From an uncultured Ignavibacteriales bacterium (GTDB taxonomy: Bacteria > Zixibacteria > MSB-5A5 > GN15 > FEB-12), in contig CAYXJN010000008.1 in NCBI GenBank assembly GCA_964464605.1, forward strand, positions 1 to 64,000: 64,000 nt of DNA, read 5' to 3'. The translations under genes and the position numbers were made by a program. Below the pieces are notes generated by a model that was not told the origin of the DNA, made no database searches, and was given only the letters and a program-made list of their open reading frames with translations. Shown here in pieces: positions 19,980 to 29,722 of this stretch (position 1 is its first letter; every line of letters begins with the position of its first letter).

Positions 19980-21602
19980 TTGCCCATTAGCCTTGATGAA
20001 CTAAATCGACTCTTAACAAGTCGTGAAAATGAACATTTTGAATGTAAAGAAGCAAAAAATCGCTACGACTTTGAGGAGTTAGTTCAATATTGTGTCGCAT
20101 TGGCTAACGAAGGAGGTGGAGTTTTTGCTTTAGGTATCTCAGACAAAATTCCACGTACAATTGTTGGCTCTAAAGCTTTTCCTGAACCAGAACGTACTGC
20201 TTCCTCAATTACCGATCGGATTCATCTAAAAATAATAGGATATGATCTTCAGCATCCTAATGGCAGAGTAGTGCTTTTTGAAGTTCCAAGTATGCACAAA
20301 GGGGTACCTGTCCAATATAAGGGCGCGTTTTTAATGCGTTCTGGAGATTCGTTAGTGCCGATGACATCTGATCGTCTTAAACAAATTTTGGAAGAAACTA
20401 CTTTAGATTTCAGTGCTGAGATTTGTGAGGGAGCACTAATCGAAGACATTGATCCTCATGCCATTGAAATATTTAGAAATCTTTGGGCTAAAAAGCATGG
20501 AAATGAATCACTCCACAATCTAACCCCTGAACAACTACTACATGATGCTGAATTATTGGTAGATGGAAAAGTTACAAATGCTGCACTGATATTACTTGGA
20601 ACCCGTAAAGCTTTGTCGAAATTTCTGGGACATGCAGAATTGATTTTTGAATACAGGTCGAGCGAAGTATCAGGCGCAGCACAGCAGCGAGTAGAATTTA
20701 GAATGGGGTATCTGCTCTATCATGAAGATTTGTGGAATCTCGTAAATTTACGAAATGACATACAACATTTCCACGACGGTCTTCTTGTGAGAGATATCCG
20801 AACTTTTAACGAAATAGCAATAAGAGAAGCGGTTCAAAATGCAGTAACTCATCGTGACTATCGATTAGCCAGTTCTGTATTTGTACGGCAATATTCACAA
20901 AAAATAGAAATTGTGAGCCCAGGGGGATTTCCTTTAGGAATTAATCTTGATAATATTTTACAGCAGCAAAACCCGCGTAACAGAAGAATCGCAGAAGCTT
21001 TATCAAGATGTGGTTTGGTTGAGCGTTCTGGTCAAGGTGTAAATTTAATGTTTGAAGAAAGTATTAAAGAAAGTAAGCCTAAACCTGACTTTACTGGAAC
21101 GGATTATTCTCAAGTGTTTCTTACTTTAAGCGGATCAGTACAAGATCCAAAATTTATTATATTTTTAGAGCAAGTTGGGCAAGAAACTTTACGATCCTTT
21201 ACAACTCAAGATTTCATCTTGCTTGATTTAATTAGTAAAGAACAGACTATACCCGATTATTTAAAGCTTAGATTGCAAAGACTGATTGAAATTGGCGTTA
21301 TCGAAGTTTTTGGAAAAGGACGAGGTACTAGACATATTATCTCTCGTCGTTTTTATGAAACAGTCGGAAAAAAAGGAACATACACGCGAAAACGAGGTCT
21401 TGACCGAGACACTAACAAAGCACTGCTTTTTAAGCACATCAAATTAAACTCGCAAACAGGCAGTCAACTTAATGAACTTCAGCAGGTACTTCCATCCTTA
21501 TCTATACATCAGATTAGGACTTTGTTGAGGGAAATGAAATCTGTGGGTGCAATTCTTTGCCATGGACGAACTCGTTCAGGTCGTTGGTATCCCAAGACAT
21601 AA
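19980..21602 (+). CDS. AlbA_2 (Schlafen-like) + HATPase_c_4 + winged-helix protein; AT-rich
   Basis: ENEHFECKE...ALANEGGG...GISD; EAVQNAVTHRDY, SPGG, PRN, ERSGQG; C-terminal HTH-like region. Confidence 0.85.
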   Translation: MPISLDELNRLLTSRENEHFECKEAKNRYDFEELVQYCVALANEGGGVFALGISDKIPRTIVGSKAFPEPERTASSITDRIHLKIIGYDLQHPNGRVVLFEVPSMHKGVPVQYKGAFLMRSGDSLVPMTSDRLKQILEETTLDFSAEICEGALIEDIDPHAIEIFRNLWAKKHGNESLHNLTPEQLLHDAELLVDGKVTNAALILLGTRKALSKFLGHAELIFEYRSSEVSGAAQQRVEFRMGYLLYHEDLWNLVNLRNDIQHFHDGLLVRDIRTFNEIAIREAVQNAVTHRDYRLASSVFVRQYSQKIEIVSPGGFPLGINLDNILQQQNPRNRRIAEALSRCGLVERSGQGVNLMFEESIKESKPKPDFTGTDYSQVFLTLSGSVQDPKFIIFLEQVGQETLRSFTTQDFILLDLISKEQTIPDYLKLRLQRLIEIGVIEVFGKGRGTRHIISRRFYETVGKKGTYTRKRGLDRDTNKALLFKHIKLNSQTGSQLNELQQVLPSLSIHQIRTLLREMKSVGAILCHGRTRSGRWYPKT

Positions 21603-21753
21603 ACGTGAGATTCCGGTGAAATGAGCCTAATAACCTAATGATAAATCAACTAAATACGCATAGCTTGTTGTCCTGCAATAGGTTGCGAGGCCGCCCATTA
21701 GGTTTAACTTAAGGTTTTCGGGGAATTTTCACCTAATTGAAAAGGCATAAAAT

Positions 21754-22137
21754 TTGAAATTCTTATTCGTTCTTCTCGGTGGGGCGTTTGGGTCGGGGAT
21801 GCGGTACCTGCTTGCCGGGTACGTGCAGAACCAAACCAAGTCTGCTTTTCCCTACGGAACATTTATCGTCAATTGTATCGGGTGCTTAATCGCCGGATTT
21901 TTAGGTGCGCTGTTTTTGCACGTTATGCCGATTCGGGAAGAGTTTCGCGTAGGTATATTTGTCGGTGTACTCGGCGGCTTCACCACCTTTTCGGCTTTCG
22001 GATGGGAAACAATGACATTAGTGCGGGATGGGCAATACACGTTGGCGGCACTGAATGTTTTAGCAAGTGTTATCATCGGATTATTGGCGGTGTGGGTCGG
22101 ATATAAATTAGGAACGTTACTGCAGGGAGTATCATGA
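21754..22137 (+). CDS. crcB: Fluoride efflux channel Fluc/CrcB
   Basis: GGAFGSGMRY, PYGTFIVN, GGFTTFSAF. Confidence 0.93.
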   Translation: MKFLFVLLGGAFGSGMRYLLAGYVQNQTKSAFPYGTFIVNCIGCLIAGFLGALFLHVMPIREEFRVGIFVGVLGGFTTFSAFGWETMTLVRDGQYTLAALNVLASVIIGLLAVWVGYKLGTLLQGVS

Positions 22138-22373
22138 GCGAGTATCGGTTATTGCTAATCGGCGGGGCTATGATTTTGCTTGGGGGGGCGTGGGAAATCT
22201 ACAATGTCATGGCCGGTACCTGGCCGTTTATGGGAACATGGATTCTAATGGGGCTCGGTGCAATTGTAGTAATTGCCGGACTATTTAAGTTAAGCGCAAA
22301 ACTCGGATTCTGGGCGATGATAATGTTTCTGCTTGCCGGACTGATGCTGCTCAGTCTCTGGTGGTGGTCGTAG
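22134..22373 (+). CDS. Small three-TM membrane protein
   Basis: 79 aa, hydrophobic, ATGA overlap with crcB and GGAG upstream. Confidence 0.65.
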   Translation: MSEYRLLLIGGAMILLGGAWEIYNVMAGTWPFMGTWILMGLGAIVVIAGLFKLSAKLGFWAMIMFLLAGLMLLSLWWWS

Positions 22374-22394
22374 TTGGGGAGTTCGAGATTTTCT

Positions 22395-23348
22395 TTATTT
22401 CATTTTCCTCCACAGAGTGGAATAAATATATACCCGTTCTTCAGTGTATTCTTTACCATCGACCGAATCTATAACAATCTTTCTCATTTTTGAGCCTTGT
22501 AAATACTCATAGATGATTTTTCTCGGAAACCCGGTATCGATATTCACAAAGGTGTACTCTGCCTCCTTCACTCGAACGAGTTTGAGTGTGATTACCTTGT
22601 TCGAATCTTTGGGTGTGATCGTTAGAAACATGATAGGACTTTCCCATTGTAACATACGCTCTTCCAACTCAAGTGAGTCGCTCCCAGTTACTCTCCACAG
22701 TGTACTACCACCGTCATCAGAAAGGCCGGTTCTCCATTCTTCAATCAAAGTATCACCATTATCCACGAAATACCAACGGCCGGACATCCACTCGAAGCAG
22801 GTCGGGTCGCAGCCGCCTGTTTCCGAGACCATTTCTGTTGAATCGATTACAGGCTGTCTTGCTGCTTGATTCAATAATCTAGAGCGGACAAAGAGTTGTT
22901 CGATGACTTGCTTCTTATCGTTAATTTTGCCCTCTCTCACAGTTCGAAGCGTATCGGTATTGATAAGCTCATAAATCACTTTTGCCGGGAAGCCGGTATC
23001 TGTGTTAACGAATGTAAACCTCAACCCTTCCGAACTGGTCAGCTTGAGCGAGGTCGTGCTGCTCGAATCGGGAGAAGTTATGACGAAAAACATCTCCACA
23101 TCCTTCCATTGAATCTCAAGATGCTCTAGTTTGATTGTATCGTTACCGTCAATATTGAAAAGGCTGCCGAATGAACCTTTCGAAATGTCAGTTCCCCATC
23201 GCATCAACAAAGAATCTTTTGTATCCACTGATCGCCAATAACCGCCAAGCCACTCGAAACAAGTTGGGTCACAACCATAGGCCTGTTGAGTAATGAAAAA
23301 AAACAACAGTACGACTGCAGATAGTAGATGATATTTGAACTTTTTCAT
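22395..23348 (-). CDS. Secreted protein with two tandem DUF6265-like domains
   Basis: Signal peptide; repeats GCDPTCFEW-x2-G-x-W ... TFVNxDTGFP-x-K-x-IYE. Confidence 0.65.
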   Translation of the reverse strand: MKKFKYHLLSAVVLLFFFITQQAYGCDPTCFEWLGGYWRSVDTKDSLLMRWGTDISKGSFGSLFNIDGNDTIKLEHLEIQWKDVEMFFVITSPDSSSTTSLKLTSSEGLRFTFVNTDTGFPAKVIYELINTDTLRTVREGKINDKKQVIEQLFVRSRLLNQAARQPVIDSTEMVSETGGCDPTCFEWMSGRWYFVDNGDTLIEEWRTGLSDDGGSTLWRVTGSDSLELEERMLQWESPIMFLTITPKDSNKVITLKLVRVKEAEYTFVNIDTGFPRKIIYEYLQGSKMRKIVIDSVDGKEYTEERVYIYSTLWRKMK

Positions 23349-23377
23349 AAATCCCCTTTTATGATGAGAGAAAATTA

Positions 23378-24235
23378 CTATTCCCTTATCCGCCGCATCT
23401 TCTCGATAAACTCATCAGCTTCACGTTTAGACAGGCCTTTCTCTACTAAGGCTTCCTTACTAAGATCAAAACCTGCGAGCCGGTCTTTCAATACTGCGAG
23501 TTCGGGGCCGGAGAAGTAAAACGAGTTGACGCTGTAATCCATGAACGCCTCATACGCAAACGGCACGATAACTTTCACGATATCAGCCATCACGAGCCCG
23601 TATTCCTGAATCTCTTTTTGGGCGTGCGGGTCCATGCGCAAACGGAGAAAGTGGAACAGATTCCACAAATCGATTTTCCAGTACCATTCGGTATAGAGCG
23701 AGAGCGGTAAATTGATACGCGCTAATTCACGTGCGAGATCAGCACCGATGTATTCTTCATACTTTTTGTAATTCTCACTTGTCGATGCTTCCAAATGCTG
23801 CAGGAAATCCTGCTTGAGTTCGTCCGGCACTTCTTTATCCGAGCGGCCTTGTTTGTTGACCGTCGATTGGTAGCGAATATCGGACGCGTTTGGGGTGTAG
23901 AACTCCTCTTTCATGATCGAATAGCGGCCGGAGTATTCATTTACGTTTGCGGTGCGGTGGCGAATCCACTGACGGGCGACAAAAATGGGGAGTTTGACAT
24001 GGAATTTGAATTCGACCATCTCGAATGGGGTAGTGTGGTGATGCCGCATCAGATAGCGGATCAACCCGCGATCTTCGGAAAGTTTTTTGGTTCCCTCGCC
24101 ATAGGATACCCGTGCCGCCTGAACGATAGCGGTGTCGGAACCCATATAATCGACCAGCCGGACAAAGCCGTGGTCGAGCACTTTGTGCTCTTTATCTAAA
24201 AGCGCGTCTGCTTCTGCGTTTATTGCGTGTCCCAT
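23378..24235 (-). CDS. thyX: FAD-dependent thymidylate synthase
   Basis: AARVSY, HTTPFEM, RQWIRHR...NEYSGRY, ELAR, AQKEI. Confidence 0.95.
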   Translation of the reverse strand: MGHAINAEADALLDKEHKVLDHGFVRLVDYMGSDTAIVQAARVSYGEGTKKLSEDRGLIRYLMRHHHTTPFEMVEFKFHVKLPIFVARQWIRHRTANVNEYSGRYSIMKEEFYTPNASDIRYQSTVNKQGRSDKEVPDELKQDFLQHLEASTSENYKKYEEYIGADLARELARINLPLSLYTEWYWKIDLWNLFHFLRLRMDPHAQKEIQEYGLVMADIVKVIVPFAYEAFMDYSVNSFYFSGPELAVLKDRLAGFDLSKEALVEKGLSKREADEFIEKMRRIRE

Positions 24236-24292
24236 AGTGAGAGATAATACGGCAGAAGCAGTCACCGGGCAAGTAATCAGTCGATCCGGTTT

Positions 24293-26524
24293 TTAGAATT
24301 GCAGGCGGTATAGTAGTTTGAAATTTCGCGCCGCTTCCGGCATGACCGCGTTTACCCGGGACAAATGGTTGCGGTATTCAGTGCTGGCGATGTTTTCCAC
24401 ATTCAGTATCAGGCTGTGCAGGATTTTTTTCGTGGAAAAATGATACTGGCTCAATAGATCGAATACGATATACCCGGCAGTTGGTTCTTCAAACTCTCCA
24501 AGCTTGTCCTGTTTGTCGGCAGCCCGAATTCTGAGCTTCGTCAGCAGTGAAGTGCGTGGAGAGTATCCAATCCAGACATGCCCCTGTAATGGAGGAATGA
24601 GCGGTAAATTACTGTTGTCGTCAGCCACTTTACCACGCACGAAGGAGATATTTCCACCCAAACTAAACTGCTTAAGAGGTTGTACGTCTGCGCTGAGTTC
24701 AAAACCGTAGAAATGCGCATCCCGTCCACGATATTGATAGCGAAGGAGGCGGCCCGTTTCGCCGGGGCCGTATTCGTATTCACCGGTGTTTGATGCATAA
24801 ATATATCTGTCAAACCAATTTCTAAAAAAAGACGCCGTAATTTTTGTATGTTCTCGACGAAAACGAGTTGTCCATTCCAAGCTGACTCCGGACTCTGAAG
24901 ACAGGTTAGCGTTACCGATTTCATAGGAATAAGCGGCGATATGCGGCCCTTCAGAAAACAATTCTTCGATCCCCGGAGCGTTAAATGAACGGAGAACCGT
25001 TCCTTCCATAGTGATTGATTTGGCAATTGGAAATTGCATAGCAAGCGAAGCAGAAATTCCCTGAAAGTCCCTCCGACGTATGATACCGGTCTTGTTTGTA
25101 TCGATAGCTTCAGGTGACGTAGAGCGATAATCAAATCGAAAGGCTGTTTTGAATAGCAGGCTGTCGACGTATATTTCTTTGTACAAATAAGCCGCCGCTG
25201 CTCGTTCGATAGCATCGGGGGTGAAGGTCAGACAGGTTTGAGCATAGTCACGATATTCAGCCCAGACACCGAGTGTGCCGCCGCCACGCAGCCATGATGG
25301 AGACAGCATAAGCTGTGCGGTTGCGTTATATTGCAGAACGCCAAAGCCAACTCCGCAGACATCTTCAAGTTCCAGTTCGCGATGAAAATATCGGTTGTAA
25401 CTTGTGCGAAGCACGAAGCGTTGAATAACATCGTGGTTAATGCCATATTCAAAATAGCTGTCTATATTACTGCGTTCGAGTTCAATTGTTACTCCATTTT
25501 TGTGACCGCCCAAGAATCCGCCGGGAATACCATACTCGGTAACGTATCTGCTTGTCTCAATACCAAGTCGAAATCGATCCCGTATATACCCACCGCCGAC
25601 AAAGTAACTATGCGTATGAATTTCTGTATTGTTTAGTTTACCGTTAGGAGTGCGCAAATCACCGGAAAGGCGGCCTTCCGTTCCAACCGTTGCGACAAGG
25701 TTTTGATACGGAATCACTACAGTTACATCGCCGCCCAATCCATCGTTCACTGTTTCCGATTGTGTACTTATGTTGCCGGATATTTGTGGTGGCACAGAAG
25801 CCGGAATACGTTCGCGCCGAACATTGATGATACCGCCAACTGTATTAGAACCAAATAATAGAGCCGCCGGGCCTCGGATGACTTCAATTGACGTCGAACC
25901 TATAGGATCAATAACGACTGCGTGATCCGCAGATGTTGATGAAAGATCACCCGTTTTTTCTCCATCTTCCAGAACCAGCAGTCGATTTCCTCCCAATCCG
26001 CGAAGTACCGGACGAGCCGGGGCTGGCCCCATTGTACGTTGGGCAATTCCGGGTTCATTGGCGATAGTCTCCGCAACGGTACGGCCTAATTTTTCCTCAA
26101 GATTACGGCTGGATACAGTGATTGCTCTCGCTTTGTATGATGGGTCATTATGACCACTACTATCGGTGATTGTGAGACTTTGTAGTTGGATTGGATCGGA
26201 TTGCATCGAGAACGACAGCACAGTATCAGTGGACAGAAATATTTCACGGCGGATATCTGTGTATCCGATTAGGTGCAGTAAAATCGTGTGTTTTCCAGCA
26301 GGAAGATGCTGTATCAGAAAGTGTCCACTGGAATCCGTTGCAATTCGTTTATTCTGCGTTTCAATCGAGATACTGACACCACCAAGCGAAGCGCCCGTAC
26401 GCTGATCATATACTGTACCGTTCACGTCATACAATATCTGCGGATCAGCTTTATCCGGAACTGCAACCAATCCTGTCAGAAAGCAGCAGTTCCATAGGCA
26501 TCGCTTTATGAGCGTTGCTTTCAC
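24293..26524 (-). CDS. TonB-dependent receptor, ZnuD-like metal transporter
   Basis: N-terminal carboxypeptidase-regulatory-like domain; plug RPVLRG...DHAV...IEVIRGPAALLFG; ELFSEGPH; terminal Phe. Confidence 0.9.
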   Translation of the reverse strand: MKATLIKRCLWNCCFLTGLVAVPDKADPQILYDVNGTVYDQRTGASLGGVSISIETQNKRIATDSSGHFLIQHLPAGKHTILLHLIGYTDIRREIFLSTDTVLSFSMQSDPIQLQSLTITDSSGHNDPSYKARAITVSSRNLEEKLGRTVAETIANEPGIAQRTMGPAPARPVLRGLGGNRLLVLEDGEKTGDLSSTSADHAVVIDPIGSTSIEVIRGPAALLFGSNTVGGIINVRRERIPASVPPQISGNISTQSETVNDGLGGDVTVVIPYQNLVATVGTEGRLSGDLRTPNGKLNNTEIHTHSYFVGGGYIRDRFRLGIETSRYVTEYGIPGGFLGGHKNGVTIELERSNIDSYFEYGINHDVIQRFVLRTSYNRYFHRELELEDVCGVGFGVLQYNATAQLMLSPSWLRGGGTLGVWAEYRDYAQTCLTFTPDAIERAAAAYLYKEIYVDSLLFKTAFRFDYRSTSPEAIDTNKTGIIRRRDFQGISASLAMQFPIAKSITMEGTVLRSFNAPGIEELFSEGPHIAAYSYEIGNANLSSESGVSLEWTTRFRREHTKITASFFRNWFDRYIYASNTGEYEYGPGETGRLLRYQYRGRDAHFYGFELSADVQPLKQFSLGGNISFVRGKVADDNSNLPLIPPLQGHVWIGYSPRTSLLTKLRIRAADKQDKLGEFEEPTAGYIVFDLLSQYHFSTKKILHSLILNVENIASTEYRNHLSRVNAVMPEAARNFKLLYRLQF

Positions 26525-27804
26525 GGAGCTACGACTATCGGAATATACGGGGTGCTGAATACAACGGCGTTATTCTTGATGTAATGCATCCGAACCGAGG
26601 TATTGCCGACTGCAACTCCCTTCAAATGAAAAATACGGTATTCACCCCAATGTACAGGGTGATACAGCGAGCGTGCTATTCCGGCATCCGCGAAATCGAA
26701 AACAAGAATCGGCTTCGACTCGGCAGGTTGAACACGGTTACAACTGTCAGCTGCATCCGGCAGGAAAAAAGAATATAGGTCAGTTAATACGCCAGCTTGC
26801 AGTTCAAATTGGTTCGGTACTGCCGTTGTTCGCGCACAATCTGCTGTCCCGTCGGTAAATTCACCGTGTCGTAAAAAAGTCCACCAAACACCGCCTTTGG
26901 TTATCATACAGGAAGCAGCTGAGTCACCACCTACGGGAATTACCGACCGAACATAGATCGGAATAGCGCCGGAACTGAATTCCTGAACACCGTTCCAAAG
27001 AAGGCGAACCGAAATCGTCGTTTTGCCAATAGTGAGTCCGTTAACTCGAAGTTTCCACCGCTCTCCCGTTACGAGGGTTACAGATGTTATTGTCGAGTCA
27101 GCAAGCTGCCAAGCAAGTGAATAGCCGGAATCAGCGGGTATGACACTGATCCTTGCTGAGTCAGCATCTTTGAGCGTGTCAAGAAATTGAATATCAATAT
27201 CAGTGGTAAGCCCTTGTTCTACTACAACGGCGCCAAACACCTGATTCAATCCGCTGGGATGGTAATTCCAGTTGGCCAGCATGTTTCCATTTCGTGAAAT
27301 GGCAAGTGCAGTTGCACCAAGCGGCGAGTGCGGGGTAGACGAGGTAACGGAAACAGGAATCTGCTGTGATGTGAAATCAGTATGGTTAACATGCCAGATA
27401 CGAAGGACGAGGCTGGTTGTCCCGATTTGTTGGCCGCGAATGATAAATTTCCATTTTTGACCCGGTATGGAATCAACGGTAGCAATGGCCGTATCGGCAA
27501 TTTGCAGGCGAAGCGTATGTTCGTCACAAAGGGCGCTGTTAATTCGGACGCTGTCGGCATCAAGGAATACGACGGTTAAGACATCAGTCGAGTCCCCGAA
27601 CAAAACTTCGATGTTTCCGGTAACGGTTCCCTCCCACTGCTGTGCCAACACACTGCTTGCCTCTACCAAGAGTCCTTCTGCATCAATATGATCACATTCA
27701 GTCGGGTTGCTGTCTGCCGGATTTTTGCTGCTACAAGAGAAAATGATAACCATGAAAGAACCGGCAACACAAAAGATTAATAGAAAATGCGCTAATCGTT
27801 TCAT
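26521..27804 (-). CDS. Lipoprotein with three Ig-like repeats, putative metal-binding
   Basis: Lipobox FSC; repeat 1 has HIDAEGL...HVNHTDF, homologous to the repeats of the upstream gene. Confidence 0.75.
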   Translation of the reverse strand: MKRLAHFLLIFCVAGSFMVIIFSCSSKNPADSNPTECDHIDAEGLLVEASSVLAQQWEGTVTGNIEVLFGDSTDVLTVVFLDADSVRINSALCDEHTLRLQIADTAIATVDSIPGQKWKFIIRGQQIGTTSLVLRIWHVNHTDFTSQQIPVSVTSSTPHSPLGATALAISRNGNMLANWNYHPSGLNQVFGAVVVEQGLTTDIDIQFLDTLKDADSARISVIPADSGYSLAWQLADSTITSVTLVTGERWKLRVNGLTIGKTTISVRLLWNGVQEFSSGAIPIYVRSVIPVGGDSAASCMITKGGVWWTFLRHGEFTDGTADCARTTAVPNQFELQAGVLTDLYSFFLPDAADSCNRVQPAESKPILVFDFADAGIARSLYHPVHWGEYRIFHLKGVAVGNTSVRMHYIKNNAVVFSTPYIPIVVAP

Positions 27805-27823
27805 TAAATGTTTCCTTGTAATT

Positions 27824-27877
27824 TAGCTATGAGCCGCCGCGTGAAAGGATTAGGATGCTCAGCGGCGACTCATGCTA
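27824..27877 (-). other. Intercistronic stem-loop
   Basis: TAGCATGAGTCGCCGC...GCGGCGGCTCATAGCTA on the minus strand; G-U pair forms only on the mRNA strand; no U-tail. Confidence 0.5.
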
Positions 27878-27916
27878 TCAGGAGAGCGGGGCTATCGTTT
27901 AATTACCTTATATCGT

Positions 27917-29260
27917 TCACGGGCAGAGTGGTGGCTGTGGCCCACTGTTGAAAAGAAATTGAACAAGGTACGTTAAGTCCGCTACCGTGATATTACCGGT
28001 TCCATTTACATTCGCTTCGAGGTTACATACCGGTGCTGAACCGTTGTTAAAAAGAAACTGCACTAGAAACACCAAGTCAGCTACGGTTACTCCGTCTCCA
28101 GCGCTGTTGTTCACGTTGCCGCGACGATTGATACAGCATGATGTAACGCTAAGGTCAATGTCGGGAGAGGTGTAGTCAGTGTGCTCTTCGTGATGTATGC
28201 CGATAGTCAGCGAGGTCGTCCCGGTTGCAATACCGGTGACAGTGAACTCCCATTCTCCCGTTTGTTGGAAAGAAGCCAACGTAGTATCGGACAGAGTGTG
28301 TTCTAAAGAAAATCCGTCGACCGTATCAGGCTGGAAAAGTTCGGATTCGGCGCTAACGAACCATACCGTAATCGGACTGGATGTTTGTTGATGGAATACT
28401 TCGATCTCACCCGTTACGGTAGAACCGTCGACAACTACGACGGTATCTCCGTTCCGCACCAGTCGAAGCCCTTCCGCTTCGGCATGTTCTTCTTCAACAT
28501 GCACTTCGATTTCTGGTGACAAATAGTCGATATGATCTTCATGGAATATACCAATGAATAATGAAGTCATTCCTTCTTCAACCCCGGTTATCGTAAATTC
28601 CCATTCTCCGGTCTGTTGAATGGTGGCCAGAGTAGTGTCAGTTAATGAGTCAACCAAAGCAAAGCCATCGGCTGTGTCCGGTTGGAACAGTTCAGCTTCC
28701 GCCGAAACGAACCAAACTTCAATCGGGTCGGTCGTTTCTTCATGATGTGCTTCAACTTCACCAGTAACCGTAGCGCCATCGACGTAGACAATCGTATCAC
28801 CGTTTTGAACGAGGCGAAGTCCTTCAGCTTCGGCATGATCGTGCTCAATATGAACTTCGATATCGGGTGAAGTGTAGTCATCCGAACCGGCTAAGTACTG
28901 AGTAAGAATCATATCGACATGACCATGCTCATCAATCGAAGAAAGGGTAAATGTCCATGTGGTTAACTTCGTAATTGCCACCAGACTGCTGTCTGAAACT
29001 TCGATTTTCACCGAGTCGCCGACACCGGAAGGCTGAAAACGGGAGCTGTCGTTGGCAAGCCAGAAGATTTCGAGCGTGCCAGAGGTGCCTCCTTCCAGCA
29101 ACTCAACTTCTCCCGTTGCTACTCCATCCCAAACCCAAACGATTTCGTTTCCGTCCTCTTCTATAATCAGGCCGCGTGCAGCTGCGTTGGCATGGGTTGA
29201 CCATAGCGTAACGACAGCAATAGCAAGCAGACATGCGTATATCATTCTGCGGATATGCAT
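27917..29260 (-). CDS. Secreted His/Glu-rich protein with three ~120-aa repeats and C-terminal dockerin
   Basis: Signal peptide; HAEAEGLRLV...HE(D/E)HxDY repeats; CCINRRGNVN...TVADL twice. Confidence 0.8.
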   Translation of the reverse strand: MHIRRMIYACLLAIAVVTLWSTHANAAARGLIIEEDGNEIVWVWDGVATGEVELLEGGTSGTLEIFWLANDSSRFQPSGVGDSVKIEVSDSSLVAITKLTTWTFTLSSIDEHGHVDMILTQYLAGSDDYTSPDIEVHIEHDHAEAEGLRLVQNGDTIVYVDGATVTGEVEAHHEETTDPIEVWFVSAEAELFQPDTADGFALVDSLTDTTLATIQQTGEWEFTITGVEEGMTSLFIGIFHEDHIDYLSPEIEVHVEEEHAEAEGLRLVRNGDTVVVVDGSTVTGEIEVFHQQTSSPITVWFVSAESELFQPDTVDGFSLEHTLSDTTLASFQQTGEWEFTVTGIATGTTSLTIGIHHEEHTDYTSPDIDLSVTSCCINRRGNVNNSAGDGVTVADLVFLVQFLFNNGSAPVCNLEANVNGTGNITVADLTYLVQFLFNSGPQPPLCP

Positions 29261-29342
29261 ACAATATCTCCCTTCGCGCCAGATGTAGCTCACCTGACAC
29301 GGTATAGTTGTTCAAAAAAGTGTTATGAGTAACTGCTGAAAA

Positions 29343-29678
29343 TTAAGCAGTTATAGGAGGAGCGCGGAGATCGGAAGGAGATGTAGAAACAGGCTTTGTG
29401 GGAATGCTATGGTCGTACTGAATTCGCTCTATTATCTGCAACTCTATGGATACTGTTGTCGCAGGAACAGTAGGTGTATACAGCGTTGTCGCAAACAAAC
29501 AGACTTGGCAGTGGTCGGTCGAGGAACGATGGGAATGGGAAGCATCCTCACATTCAGCGTTGTCCGTGTGCATGCTGACCAGTACAGAACTGGCGCTTAA
29601 CGCACATATAACCAGTATGGCAACAAGCCGGCGCAAAAACGAACTACGAGAATTTAGTTGTTTCATCGTATAAAGCAT
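29343..29678 (-). CDS. DUF2946/CruR-like leader protein with CxxC and C-terminal RAPP motif
   Basis: Hydrophobic N-terminal segment, His cluster, HCQVC, Pro/Thr spacer, ends LRAPPITA; heads a TBDT operon. Confidence 0.8.
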   Translation of the reverse strand: MLYTMKQLNSRSSFLRRLVAILVICALSASSVLVSMHTDNAECEDASHSHRSSTDHCQVCLFATTLYTPTVPATTVSIELQIIERIQYDHSIPTKPVSTSPSDLRAPPITA

Positions 29679-29722
29679 ATATGATTAACTCGTCTTTGTC
29701 AATATAGCTAAAACAGAAAGAG

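Noticed and set aside
21602..21753. Fluoride riboswitch upstream of crcB
   Set aside because: No GGxGATGGxGTTCxCC / GCTGATGAC-type motif visible
28180..28840. DGR template/variable repeat pair
   Set aside because: Both copies are in-frame domain repeats of one gene, differences do not look adenine-specific, and no reverse transcriptase is present
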